Shown: positions 28,875 to 37,998 of the stretch, piece after piece
Layout of the letters: every line of letters begins with the position of its first letter
How positions within the stretch are numbered: position 1 is the first letter of the stretch
Virus record (IMG/VR): IMGVR_UViG_3300042923_000815
Location: 1 to 63,189 of that record
Source of the DNA: a virus
Lineage: Duplodnaviria > Caudoviricetes
Strand: one strand, 5' to 3'
DNA: 63,189 bases
Notes under the pieces: model-generated
Database searches by the model: none
Seen by the model: the letters and a program-made list of their open reading frames with translations, nothing else
What the model was told of the DNA's origin: nothing
Translations under genes and position numbers: made by a program

Positions 28875-29123
28875 CTACTTACTTAGTTCAGAAAGGTAAT
28901 CATCAACTAAATCCCGATGGTCACCATTCATATTCCCGATAAGACGTGAACATTCATACTCCTTTGGGAAATACCCTTTTCTTGTGCACCATTTGGCATA
29001 AGCTTTGATAAGGGTTTTATCCTCTTGCTTTATTTTAACTTTTCTCATCTTCAACCTCTCCTTTTTACTTGGCTCTCGGTGGTTGTGACCGTCTGCCTGT
29101 CGATTAAATGGGCTTATATTCAT
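28875..29123 (-). CDS. Hypothetical protein
   Basis: ORF downstream of 29104-29397. Start uncertain. Confidence 0.45.
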   Translation of the reverse strand: MNISPFNRQADGHNHREPSKKERLKMRKVKIKQEDKTLIKAYAKWCTRKGYFPKEYECSRLIGNMNGDHRDLVDDYLSELSK

Positions 29124-29397
29124 TTACAATTTGATCAAGACTTGATTTTTCAATTTCCAGTTCTTCAAGGCGCGCTCTTGCTTGTAAATACCGTTCCTTT
29201 GCCGCCAATTCTCTTTCAGCCTGGTCAATACGTTCATAATGTTTTTGCTTCTTTAAGAGGGTTTCAAGGCCGACCGCATCAATAATTTTGCAAAAATCAT
29301 CTTTATGTAAGTCAAGCAGGATATACAGAGAGTTTAACGCCCAAAGCTGGTCTTGATTTATTTCCGTTTTCTTTAATCGAGTTTGCGCTTCTTCCAA
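29104..29397 (-). CDS. Hypothetical coiled-coil protein
   Basis: TTG start with GGAGG, behind a consensus promoter. Confidence 0.65.
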   Translation of the reverse strand: MEEAQTRLKKTEINQDQLWALNSLYILLDLHKDDFCKIIDAVGLETLLKKQKHYERIDQAERELAAKERYLQARARLEELEIEKSSLDQIVNEYKPI

Positions 29398-29422
29398 GTT
29401 CGTCTTTACCGCCTCCGCAATA

Positions 29423-29525
29423 TTTAACTCTATAGTTAAATTATAAGCTTTATGATTAACTATGTCAACAACTTTTTAACTGTATAGTTAAATTTATTGC
29501 TTTTAAGTTAATTTTTTATTATAAT
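29423..29525. promoter_or_regulatory. Divergent promoters with two 18-bp palindromic operators
   Basis: TTTAACTnTATAGTTAAA at 29423-29440 and 29475-29492. Minus-strand TTGACA-N17-TATAAT (29468-29440). Plus-strand TTGCTT-N17-TATAAT (29497-29525). Confidence 0.85.
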
Positions 29526-29550
29526 TTACTCATGGAAAGGATGTGCGGAA

Positions 29551-29757
29551 ATGAGTTTAAATATCGTAAAGTCTAAAATAGTAGAAGCTGGTCTTACAAT
29601 GTCAAAAGTGGTTGAAGAGTTAAACCAAACAAGCGACTTTGGTACTTTGCAAAACCTTAGTCAGAAAATAACAAGAGGCACACTAAAATATGTAGAGGCC
29701 GAACAAATAGCAGATGTTATTGGTTATGAAATAGTTTGGAGGAAGAAAGGAGAATAA
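29551..29757 (+). CDS. XRE-like HTH regulator
   Basis: GLTMSKVVEEL...QNLSQKITRGTLKY.E..QIADVIGY. Confidence 0.75.
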   Translation: MSLNIVKSKIVEAGLTMSKVVEELNQTSDFGTLQNLSQKITRGTLKYVEAEQIADVIGYEIVWRKKGE

Positions 29758-29966
29758 CCACTTTGCGCGATACTGGTTTAATTGATATTAATAATAATGT
29801 TATATCCGAAGGAGATAAGATGACTAATGCGCTATCTAAAGGATTTACTGTATACGATGTTAAATTCTATAAAGGCAATTGGTGGTTATTTGATAAAGAT
29901 CTCCCTTGGATGATGTTAATACCGTCATGTAATAGCAATAAAATAGCTCAATATAAAGTTGTTTAG
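29736..29966 (+). CDS. YopX-like fragment
   Basis: TGLIDINNNVISEGD resembles the YopX motif TGLxDxNGxxIYEGD. Confidence 0.5.
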   Translation: MEEERRITTLRDTGLIDINNNVISEGDKMTNALSKGFTVYDVKFYKGNWWLFDKDLPWMMLIPSCNSNKIAQYKVV

Positions 29967-29967
29967 C

Positions 29968-30005
29968 GAAAGAACCGTCCACCAATTAAGGTAGGCGGTT
30001 CTTTC
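29968..30005. terminator. Bidirectional terminator
   Basis: GAAAGAACCGTCCACC/GGTAGGCGGTTCTTTC between convergent genes. Confidence 0.75.
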
Positions 30006-30007
30006 TG

Positions 30008-30418
30008 TTATTTAGCTAATTCTTTATATAATTGAGTAGTAGATTTCTTATTCATTAATCCCTTCTTACTGCTACCTTTGCTCTTACTGCCGCTTCCTGG
30101 TCCCTTAGTATGCATCATCACACTTGATACATCGGTGTTTCTAGCGCACGGCAGATGCTTTTCAAATTCTTGCCTTACCGCTTTTTTGTCGCTAATTTCC
30201 GTAGCAAAGGGTGATACCCACGTTCCGCAATCGGGACATTCTAAATGTGCAGTCTTTGCGTAATATATCATTCCTGATTGGCAACTAGGAACTGGGCACT
30301 GCATATCACGAGGTACAAAGTTATTCCGTGTAACACCGCATGGTTTGCATCTTTCATGTTCTTTATGGTTAGGACTCCAAAATATACAATTACTACAACT
30401 TTTTTTTAATATAGACAT
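30008..30418 (-). CDS. Zn-finger protein at the end of the early operon
   Basis: Several CxxC pairs and a basic C-terminus. Confidence 0.65.
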   Translation of the reverse strand: MSILKKSCSNCIFWSPNHKEHERCKPCGVTRNNFVPRDMQCPVPSCQSGMIYYAKTAHLECPDCGTWVSPFATEISDKKAVRQEFEKHLPCARNTDVSSVMMHTKGPGSGSKSKGSSKKGLMNKKSTTQLYKELAK

Positions 30419-30469
30419 CCTCTTACCCCCATATTTTATTTTAGGTAGGTCTTACGCCTATCTTTATAA

Positions 30470-30904
30470 TTATCTTGTTAATTCTAATAATTCAGGATTA
30501 TCATGAACATTACCGACAACTTGGCAATAAACACTACTGGTATCAAGGGCAGATATGGTATATGTTCCTTGTCGCCCGCAGCATAATCTGTTTTTATAAT
30601 AAACTCCTAAGTCGTATCCTCCTGGACAATTTTCAACAACAAATCTGTTATTGGTCTGATCTATAATAGACCCTACGTAAATATCTACATCATTAGATTT
30701 AAGTCCTATGTATTGACCGACTGTTTCAGGATCAACTTCACACGATACAATTTTTAAGCATCCTTCTTCACCTATTCTTTCGCTTTCATCAACACTTAGA
30801 GCAATGTAATGCTTTCCTGATACTCCATCTACTATTAAACTTCCATAAATAAACTGATCATTATCAAGGCGTTTACCACGGAATTTTATCTTATGCATTG
30901 CCAA
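30470..30904 (-). CDS. YopX family protein
   Basis: IKFRGKR, VDPETVGQYIGLK, VVGNVHDNPELLE. Confidence 0.88.
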   Translation of the reverse strand: MAMHKIKFRGKRLDNDQFIYGSLIVDGVSGKHYIALSVDESERIGEEGCLKIVSCEVDPETVGQYIGLKSNDVDIYVGSIIDQTNNRFVVENCPGGYDLGVYYKNRLCCGRQGTYTISALDTSSVYCQVVGNVHDNPELLELTR

Positions 30905-31112
30905 CTACCTCTACACCGTCTACCCAGCATCCTTCGTCGTGGTCAAAGCGATAGCTGTAAAAATCCCCTTCCTCATCTATCTCTGGTATCGTATAACTGT
31001 CATATGGTCCACCATAGGTCTGAACTAATCCCAATATAGGATGTTCTATCTCCATGAAAAGCGGTAAATTTGTTATCGGGCATTTATCTGGATATTTACT
31101 CTCTTCACTCAC
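30891..31112 (-). CDS. Hypothetical protein
   Basis: CPITNLPLFM..TYGGPYDSYTIPE. Overlapping operon gene. Confidence 0.65.
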   Translation of the reverse strand: MSEESKYPDKCPITNLPLFMEIEHPILGLVQTYGGPYDSYTIPEIDEEGDFYSYRFDHDEGCWVDGVEVVGNA

Positions 31113-31437
31113 TGATATTTCCCCCTTTTAGTAATTCGGCTCGTTTTTGGCAAAATCTATAATTAGTGCAATGGTGCTCACAAACATTCCCACGCTTGAT
31201 AAAGTCATTATTGCTGCATACCATTGCCCTGGTTGTTAATGATAACCGCCCAAACTCAGCGTATTTTTTTAACTCTGCCACATCTAGAGGATGTATAAAT
31301 TCTCTGACTTTTGATTTTAACCGAATAATTTCTTCTTCTTGCTGCTCGATGAAGTCGGCAATCAATTTTGTTTCTTCAACACTAAATAAATTTATATAAT
31401 CACCTTTAAATGATGCAGAACAACGATTTAATAACAT
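31105..31437 (-). CDS. Hypothetical protein, paralog of 38919-39317
   Basis: Shares KYAExGRL and FCQKRAELL. Confidence 0.6.
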   Translation of the reverse strand: MLLNRCSASFKGDYINLFSVEETKLIADFIEQQEEEIIRLKSKVREFIHPLDVAELKKYAEFGRLSLTTRAMVCSNNDFIKRGNVCEHHCTNYRFCQKRAELLKGGNISE

Positions 31438-31457
31438 TTCTACTGCTGTTTTAGTAT

Positions 31458-31721
31458 CTATTCACTCTCCTTGTGAAATTTACAAGGCTTGTCGGTTCTG
31501 CCAGTACATGACCGCCATGTGCTAATATCACGATCACAAGTAACGTCATAGACATTTCCCAATCCAACGACTGCAAGACCAATAAATATACATGTTTTGC
31601 ATTGTACTCTGCGTTGAAATGTCCCTTTTTTATTTTTAAACTTAACGCGCTTGGTAACGTTACGACCTTTCATGGTTATACTTATATTGGTTTCTATAAA
31701 TGATTTTTCCTTAGCATCCAT
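31458..31721 (-). CDS. Cys-rich hypothetical protein
   Basis: ORF in the operon. Confidence 0.55.
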   Translation of the reverse strand: MDAKEKSFIETNISITMKGRNVTKRVKFKNKKGTFQRRVQCKTCIFIGLAVVGLGNVYDVTCDRDISTWRSCTGRTDKPCKFHKESE

Positions 31722-32136
31722 TATCTAGATCACCCACCCAATTCCAAATCCTTTGCATGCCCTTTGCTGGTACTGGCTTGATTGCTTGTATGTTATCTAA
31801 TATCCAGGCATAACGCCCTGGGGTGAAGTCGCCAAAAGCTAATTCTTTACTTTTATCTTTTTCTAGATAATAAATTTGGCTCTCATTGATTTTTAAGCAG
31901 TGGGTTAAGGTAGCAATGGCGATAATAGCACCAAAATGCATTTCTGGAATGATAATGCCGTATTGTTCAGCTCTAGCCACTATATGACGGATACGTTCAC
32001 CTTTTTTATCCTGATCTTTGGCTGCATGTATGGCGATTCGACCTCTATACTGAGTAGCCCATGATCTTGTCTCTATCCTCTTTGCACCGCAGGCGATTAA
32101 ACTCGCCCACGGCTGTAATATGGTTATTGCTTTCAT
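31711..32136 (-). CDS. ASCH domain protein
   Basis: MKAITILQPWASLI..G.KRIETRSW. Confidence 0.9.
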   Translation of the reverse strand: MKAITILQPWASLIACGAKRIETRSWATQYRGRIAIHAAKDQDKKGERIRHIVARAEQYGIIIPEMHFGAIIAIATLTHCLKINESQIYYLEKDKSKELAFGDFTPGRYAWILDNIQAIKPVPAKGMQRIWNWVGDLDNGC

Positions 32137-32600
32137 TGCCGTTCACCTAGCGTGAATGGCAATTCTGCCTGCAGCAATCTGTCAATCTCTGCTGCTATTA
32201 ATGCACCCGCCTTTGCCAGTTCTCGAATGCGGTCATCTGATGTAGGTTTCCACCACATTGGATGCCAAGGCCAGAAATGTGGCGTTCCATCATCGAATTT
32301 TATTCTTCTGTCGCCCGGTGTTGCATAACAAACCGCTGCTTTAGCTAATTCACTATCGTAATGTTGTTGGTCATGTTCCGGAGTCCATCCCTCTTGTTCT
32401 ATCTGCCGTTGACGTTCTCTAAATATCATTCCAGTGCCATTTAGCTTATATATCGCTCTCACTTCCTGGTCTAATCTATCAAAATGGTAAATTAATTCAG
32501 CTAAATCTTTCCTACGGACTAATGCTAAATCTACCCTGCGTCCTGGCTGCCTTATTGAAGCAGCTTCCTTTAATTGTGTTAATCGCTCTTTGAAACTCAT
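32133..32600 (-). CDS. Conserved phage protein
   Basis: ERQRQIEQEGWTPEHD...WPW...WWKP...LAKAGALIAAEIDRL. Confidence 0.75.
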   Translation of the reverse strand: MSFKERLTQLKEAASIRQPGRRVDLALVRRKDLAELIYHFDRLDQEVRAIYKLNGTGMIFRERQRQIEQEGWTPEHDQQHYDSELAKAAVCYATPGDRRIKFDDGTPHFWPWHPMWWKPTSDDRIRELAKAGALIAAEIDRLLQAELPFTLGERQ

Positions 32601-33370
32601 GTTATCCCGCCCCTCTCATTATCTTGTACGATCTGCTCCGTATCAGTTAAAAACTGCTGCATGTTACGTCTTACCGTACCTAGTAGGCTATAGGACTCCG
32701 TTAACCCTATTTGCTGCACTATTTTAACAGCCTTGCCTAAATTTTCACCGTTATAAGTGTTTATTGGAATGCCTGATATTTCTTCAAATGATTTTATTGA
32801 TTCTCGTAAAGCATTGTGCCGTTCACTCATTCTTTCTCTTTCTGCTTTAAGATTTTCTTCATGTTTTTGCCTTAATTCGGTTATTCTTTGCTCAGAAAGG
32901 CTTTCCACTTGTTGTGCAATATTTTTCGCATATGCTTCATCCTCGCGCCTGAGAATAGCAGCTACAAATTCCTTTGTTATGGGCTGGCAAGATAACTTAT
33001 CCGGCTTTTTTGTCTGGCGTAATGATCCATTGTTATATTCCAATATGCCCCATGCTGCAGGAATGATATCTGTATCTTTAATCAAGCCTTTTGGCACTAC
33101 TAAGTACCAGTGGTTACAAAAGCATCCTACTGCTTCCGCTTTCTTAGGTTGTTCTAATTCTTTTTTAAGGTCATTGCGGCTTACCTTGATCTCAAAACCG
33201 ACAATAGCAAGCCCTCTAGAAGGATACATATTCATTGCTAGGGCATCAGCCCAACGTTTTAAATTTCCAGCAGTGCCGTTGCCTACCTCGAAGAATAACG
33301 CCCATTCTGGTCTAGTAAATTTCTTGCGTAGTGACTCGCGGATCTCTTCCGCTGTTACCTTATCGCTCAT
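32597..33370 (-). CDS. PD-(D/E)XK nuclease (MmcB-like)
   Basis: ADALAM...GFEIKVSRND. Confidence 0.7.
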   Translation of the reverse strand: MSDKVTAEEIRESLRKKFTRPEWALFFEVGNGTAGNLKRWADALAMNMYPSRGLAIVGFEIKVSRNDLKKELEQPKKAEAVGCFCNHWYLVVPKGLIKDTDIIPAAWGILEYNNGSLRQTKKPDKLSCQPITKEFVAAILRREDEAYAKNIAQQVESLSEQRITELRQKHEENLKAERERMSERHNALRESIKSFEEISGIPINTYNGENLGKAVKIVQQIGLTESYSLLGTVRRNMQQFLTDTEQIVQDNERGGIT

Positions 33371-33762
33371 GTTATCCCGCCCTTTCTTTTGATCGGTATC
33401 ACTTCCGCCATTTTCTTTTCTCCCTGGTCAGTAAACTCGGAATTATCGTAGTAATAAAATGAGACTTTACACGCTAAAGCAATTGTCCTTTGGGTTATCC
33501 ATTGTACAGGTATAACCTTTGTGAATTTAATTGGGCTGTCTTGGTCTTCTAGTGTAAAATCGTCTGTCCATTTTCCTATGATCGGTATTTTATCGCTTAC
33601 CGATATTATCATTTCAGAGTTTTCCTCATATCCGATCTTTCCGCGCGGATCTTGCTTAAACCCCAGGCAAGGAATGTTACTGGTTTTCATTTTCTGATTG
33701 CAATTGCCGCCGTGAGTGGTATTCTGTTCGCAATACTCACACTCTGCCCATGTTGGTATCAC
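33367..33762 (-). CDS. Cys-rich hypothetical protein
   Basis: CEYC...C...C near the N-terminus. Confidence 0.55.
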   Translation of the reverse strand: MIPTWAECEYCEQNTTHGGNCNQKMKTSNIPCLGFKQDPRGKIGYEENSEMIISVSDKIPIIGKWTDDFTLEDQDSPIKFTKVIPVQWITQRTIALACKVSFYYYDNSEFTDQGEKKMAEVIPIKRKGGIT

Positions 33763-33812
33763 ACTTATCCCGCCCTCCCCAATATTACCTCTCTACTACC
33801 AAACTTCTTAAA

Positions 33813-34658
33813 TCATGCTATTATCAATTTTCTCATTACATCGCTCATATGCGCTTTCGTGGCTGCTGGTCTTTGCCATGTTCTCTGGAAATCTTCCCAT
33901 TGCTTGCTATATTTTTTCTTCTTTAATTCAAAAGGCTGATATAACTGTGCAAAAGGCAATGCACCTGCTAAGAATATTTGACGTAATCTATTTTCATTCT
34001 CTTCCATGTCGTCTCCGATCAGCGCATAACATCGGATTTTTTCTTGATTAAATCCAGCAGCATATAACTTTTCGCAGGCTCGTTTTAAAAGATCAATTTT
34101 CCCCTTCGTGTCACACGCAAGCCACAACTCATTAACGCTACCTTTAGCGTTTAGTAGCCTCATTTGCTCAATATCCCAATCGCTTAAGATAGCAACTTCA
34201 AGACCGCCTTTAAACTGTATCTTTTTTTGCGTTTTAAGCATTTCATAGACCTTTTGCCGATGATCTTTAGAGCAAGCTAGAAAATTATTATCCTGAATAA
34301 TGTTTCCTGGCACTATCGGCAATTCCCTAAGTGCTCCCTCGCGCCTCGGTACAGCGCAAAATGAGCAATTGTTAGGGCAACCTCGACTTGTGAACACTAT
34401 CCCTTTGCCTATATACATTCCTGGGATGAAGTCCTCGCCAGCATCATCATAGGCGGGTCCACCAATTAAAACAGGTTTATTGGTTTTAGCTTCCCATTGT
34501 CTTTTTAAATACTCACAATGAGGTATGTCCCAAGTAAACACGCAACAAATATGTACCTCGTCATGTTCTGGTATAAATAGCCCTGGGACATCAAAGAAGC
34601 AATAATCATCATCGGGAGTATATGAATTCCTTTTTGGAAACACACGAATCACGTTCAA
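33813..34658 (-). CDS. Radical SAM-like Fe-S protein
   Basis: TSRGCPNNCSFC (CxxxCxxC), IGGP, DNNFLA. Confidence 0.8.
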   Translation of the reverse strand: MNVIRVFPKRNSYTPDDDYCFFDVPGLFIPEHDEVHICCVFTWDIPHCEYLKRQWEAKTNKPVLIGGPAYDDAGEDFIPGMYIGKGIVFTSRGCPNNCSFCAVPRREGALRELPIVPGNIIQDNNFLACSKDHRQKVYEMLKTQKKIQFKGGLEVAILSDWDIEQMRLLNAKGSVNELWLACDTKGKIDLLKRACEKLYAAGFNQEKIRCYALIGDDMEENENRLRQIFLAGALPFAQLYQPFELKKKKYSKQWEDFQRTWQRPAATKAHMSDVMRKLIIA

Positions 34659-34670
34659 TTGCTTATCACC

Positions 34671-35453
34671 TCACTCAAAGATAACTGTCTGATCTGGATT
34701 TTCTTTTGCTACTGGTTTTGATGTCCACCAGTTAAACCAATCGTCAGCATTTTTCCACGTAATAGCTATTCCTTTTTCTTTTTTTCTTTCAATCATCCGT
34801 GGAAAAGCTTTAGTCATGGTGCGCTTGTATGATTCCGCTAGTTTCGGCCATCGGTTAATTTCTTTTGCGTGATTACTGCTCATTGGACAAAGAACGCAGC
34901 CTAAACGCTTAAAACCTTCATCGTATAGAGAGCAGTACGGTATTTGATGGCTTTTTATGTATTCCCAAATTTCGTATTCATCCCAATCTATAATTGGATG
35001 CAAAAATCTTTTTGAATTATCGGTGTAACACTGTTCTACCATTTTTCTTTTTGATCGCCTGGCACTCTCTGCCCATCTAACACCAGTTACTACTAATCGC
35101 CCTGATCCTCCACCTTCTTTAAGTACCGCACAACACCAGCGGTAAAACCGAGTAGGTACATCTGCTTTTCTTTCAATGAGCTGCCACATTGTTTCTTTAG
35201 GCTTATGTATTTCAACTTCTGAATGGTGCTCACGAATAAAATATACTAACTCAGGAGGATCAACCGTAGTAAGGTTATAGTGAGCGTCATATTTCACGCC
35301 AGCACGCTTGACTAAATCTAGTATGACTATGCTATCCTTCCCGCCCGAAAATGCTACATAATAGCCCTCTGGAGGCTCAAACTGCCTAATTCTATCAATT
35401 GCTATTTTGACTTTATCCTGTATACCAAATAAGGTATGTTCCACTAATGCCAT
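34671..35453 (-). CDS. PAPS reductase-family PP-loop protein
   Basis: AFSGGKDS, WCC..LK, GVRWAES, RLGCVLCP. Confidence 0.88.
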   Translation of the reverse strand: MALVEHTLFGIQDKVKIAIDRIRQFEPPEGYYVAFSGGKDSIVILDLVKRAGVKYDAHYNLTTVDPPELVYFIREHHSEVEIHKPKETMWQLIERKADVPTRFYRWCCAVLKEGGGSGRLVVTGVRWAESARRSKRKMVEQCYTDNSKRFLHPIIDWDEYEIWEYIKSHQIPYCSLYDEGFKRLGCVLCPMSSNHAKEINRWPKLAESYKRTMTKAFPRMIERKKEKGIAITWKNADDWFNWWTSKPVAKENPDQTVIFE

Positions 35454-35572
35454 ATCTACCTCACTTCCCCATTACTACGGATCTACTACCATCCTCATAG
35501 ACTATATAGGCTAGGATACGGTAGTTTCGCCGTATCCATTTCCATGTTGAATTTACGCTAATCTGTCTCATA

Positions 35573-37327
35573 TTACACCGCCTGTTCGGTAGCAACTTCG
35601 CCGTAACCGTCGCATATTTCAGGTAAATTCGCTCTTACAAGTGCTTCCGCGAATGGTGGAGGCACTGCATTACCACACCTGGCTACTTGTGCTGATTTAG
35701 AATACTTTTTCCCGTTATAATCTCGATCAATAACATAATCCTTTGGAAATCCTTGTGCCGCGAATAATTCATGAGGTTCTAGCATTCTCATACCTATATC
35801 TACAATCTGATAATCTTGACCGTGAATAGTAACTAATCCGAATCTATCCTTAGTAGTAACGGTGTGCATTGGCTCTTTTAGAGATTGCCCCTCACCTGTA
35901 CCGTAGTATTTAAGCAGAAACGTTCTAACCTCTCCAAAGTGTAATCCGCCGGCTGTAATTGTCTGAATCGGTTCGGTTACTTGATGTCCAATATTTGTAC
36001 CTTTCATTTTTATTAAATGACTGGTAACAAGTGCATTATGATCGACTGTTGTAACCGTAGGAGCCGGCTTCTTTAAATTTGCTCCTGGTCCCGAATAACC
36101 GCCCCCATAATGTTTAGCTAGAAAACTGGCTACAAGAGCATATCTTGGTGAAGCATCAACCACCATTAATGGTCTTTCTAAATCCTGCCCTCTTACTTCA
36201 CTTCCTGACTGTTCGCCATGATACTGAATTAAAGTAGGAGCTACTAGAATATGCTGATTTCCTGTTGTAATGGTTTTTATTGGTTTGTCTACTTGGCTTC
36301 CTGGGTGACCTGTTGTATTTACCACCAGTGTAGGCGTAACTAATAAACGCTCTGCCTTTGTAGTTACTGTCGTAAGCGGATCATCAATGTCATACTGCAA
36401 CCTATCCCCACCGAATCCAGTCTGACCAATTCGGGCAATATATGGAGTAACTATTCCCCATCCGTTTTTTGCTGTAATTGTTTGCAAAGGATCACCAATA
36501 CCCTGCCCTCTAAAATCAATACTATGGTGATTCACCTTGATGATAAAAGGATCAGCATTATCTATTACAAACTTTTGTATTCCTCTGGCAATCCTTCGCA
36601 TGGTGTTTTCAGCTAACTCTTTTTTACGCTCAAATATGGACGGGCAAGGCAGTGACCAGTCAATACATTCAGCAGCGGTTCTCCAAGGCTTAAGCTTACC
36701 TGTTTTAACCGCTTCACCATTTGGGTCTCCATATGTTTGCTTGGGCCAAACAATATTTTTACCATCACGTCTAGCAATCAGAAATAATCTTTTCCGTATC
36801 GTAGGAGCACCATAATCACACGCTTTTAGCTCTCGCCAATCTACCTGGTAACCTTGCCGCTTTAAAGCATTTACAAAAGCATGGAAAGTGCGTCCTTTCT
36901 GGCTAGTATCTGGCATCCCATTTTCAAGTAGTGGACCCCATGTTTTAAACTCTTCCACATTTTCAAGAATAATTACCCTAGGTTTTATTACAGCCGCCCA
37001 TCGAATGGCCACCCAAGCCAACCCTCTAATTTTCTTTTCAACTGGTTTCCCGCCCTTGGCTTTGCTAAAGTGTTTGCAGTCTGGACTAAACCAACATAAC
37101 GCCACTTGTCTGCCGCCTGTAATTGTTCTTGGGTCAATGTCCCATACTGACTCACAATAATGTTCCGTGTCTGGATGATTAACCTTATGCATTGCTATTG
37201 CAGCAGGGTCATGATTGATTGCTATATCTACGGATCGCCCAATTGCTAAACCTATACCTGTACTAGCACCGCCTCCACCCGCGAAGTTGTCCACGATAAT
37301 TTCACGGAATAATGAAGCTTGTTTCAT
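35573..37327 (-). CDS. dcm: DNA cytosine-C5 methyltransferase
   Basis: FAGGGG (motif I), SPDC (IV), ENV (VI), R.R (VIII), GNAV (X). Variable region is expanded by repeats. Confidence 0.92.
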   Translation of the reverse strand: MKQASLFREIIVDNFAGGGGASTGIGLAIGRSVDIAINHDPAAIAMHKVNHPDTEHYCESVWDIDPRTITGGRQVALCWFSPDCKHFSKAKGGKPVEKKIRGLAWVAIRWAAVIKPRVIILENVEEFKTWGPLLENGMPDTSQKGRTFHAFVNALKRQGYQVDWRELKACDYGAPTIRKRLFLIARRDGKNIVWPKQTYGDPNGEAVKTGKLKPWRTAAECIDWSLPCPSIFERKKELAENTMRRIARGIQKFVIDNADPFIIKVNHHSIDFRGQGIGDPLQTITAKNGWGIVTPYIARIGQTGFGGDRLQYDIDDPLTTVTTKAERLLVTPTLVVNTTGHPGSQVDKPIKTITTGNQHILVAPTLIQYHGEQSGSEVRGQDLERPLMVVDASPRYALVASFLAKHYGGGYSGPGANLKKPAPTVTTVDHNALVTSHLIKMKGTNIGHQVTEPIQTITAGGLHFGEVRTFLLKYYGTGEGQSLKEPMHTVTTKDRFGLVTIHGQDYQIVDIGMRMLEPHELFAAQGFPKDYVIDRDYNGKKYSKSAQVARCGNAVPPPFAEALVRANLPEICDGYGEVATEQAV

Positions 37328-37340
37328 ACTCACCCCTCCC

Positions 37341-37673
37341 TCAAAATAAACTAAGCTGTTCTTGTGCTGCCTCGGCAATACTTTCAGTGCGAATATTGAT
37401 TTTTACAGCTTGTCCAATAAGTTTTCTGGAATTCGCCATATAATTATTATCAACTTTAGGCGGTGTGTCTTGGTAATAGGCTTCTGGATAGTCACTATTT
37501 GGATATAATTCTTCGATTTGTTTTTTGTAGTGTGAAATATGGTTTCTGATCAGATTTAAATTGCATCCGTCACTCCAAAAAGGGTCACTGCAACCATTTT
37601 GATAAATTGATTTCCAGCGGTTTAGCCTTTCCTGTAATTTATCTTCAATTGGCTTTTCTTTTTCCTTTGCCAT
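37341..37673 (-). CDS. Conserved phage protein
   Basis: GCSDPFWSDGCNLNLIRNHI. Ends QLSLF, a clamp-binding-like motif. Confidence 0.7.
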   Translation of the reverse strand: MAKEKEKPIEDKLQERLNRWKSIYQNGCSDPFWSDGCNLNLIRNHISHYKKQIEELYPNSDYPEAYYQDTPPKVDNNYMANSRKLIGQAVKINIRTESIAEAAQEQLSLF

Positions 37674-37707
37674 TACTGACCCCTCCCTTACGCTCTAATA
37701 ACAAATC

Positions 37708-37995
37708 CTAGCTTGCTTTAAAATACTCGTCATATTCACCAAAACAATTCTTATAATCACTTATATCTAACCCATCGTCTTCAAAAATCTCGTTAAGTTC
37801 AACACAAATTGTTTTATCAAACATGCGTACTTCAATCCCGCCCTCATCGAAGCGACCAGTACCAACAATCTTTACAAATTTATCTAAATCAATGAAATCA
37901 ATATGTACATATGCTCTTACTTCTTGACTCTTTTTTTCTTTGAATAATCCAGTCTCATTTACTTTAAGAAAATCATATAAATCAGCATCAACCAT
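37708..37995 (-). CDS. Hypothetical protein
   Basis: ORF in the operon. Confidence 0.6.
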   Translation of the reverse strand: MVDADLYDFLKVNETGLFKEKKSQEVRAYVHIDFIDLDKFVKIVGTGRFDEGGIEVRMFDKTICVELNEIFEDDGLDISDYKNCFGEYDEYFKAS

Positions 37996-37998
37996 ATC

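Noticed and set aside
34671-35453. True cysH auxiliary metabolic gene for sulfate assimilation
   Set aside because: There are no other cys genes and the neighbours are DNA-modification genes. The fold is shared with non-reductase PP-loop enzymes, so the function cannot be assigned.
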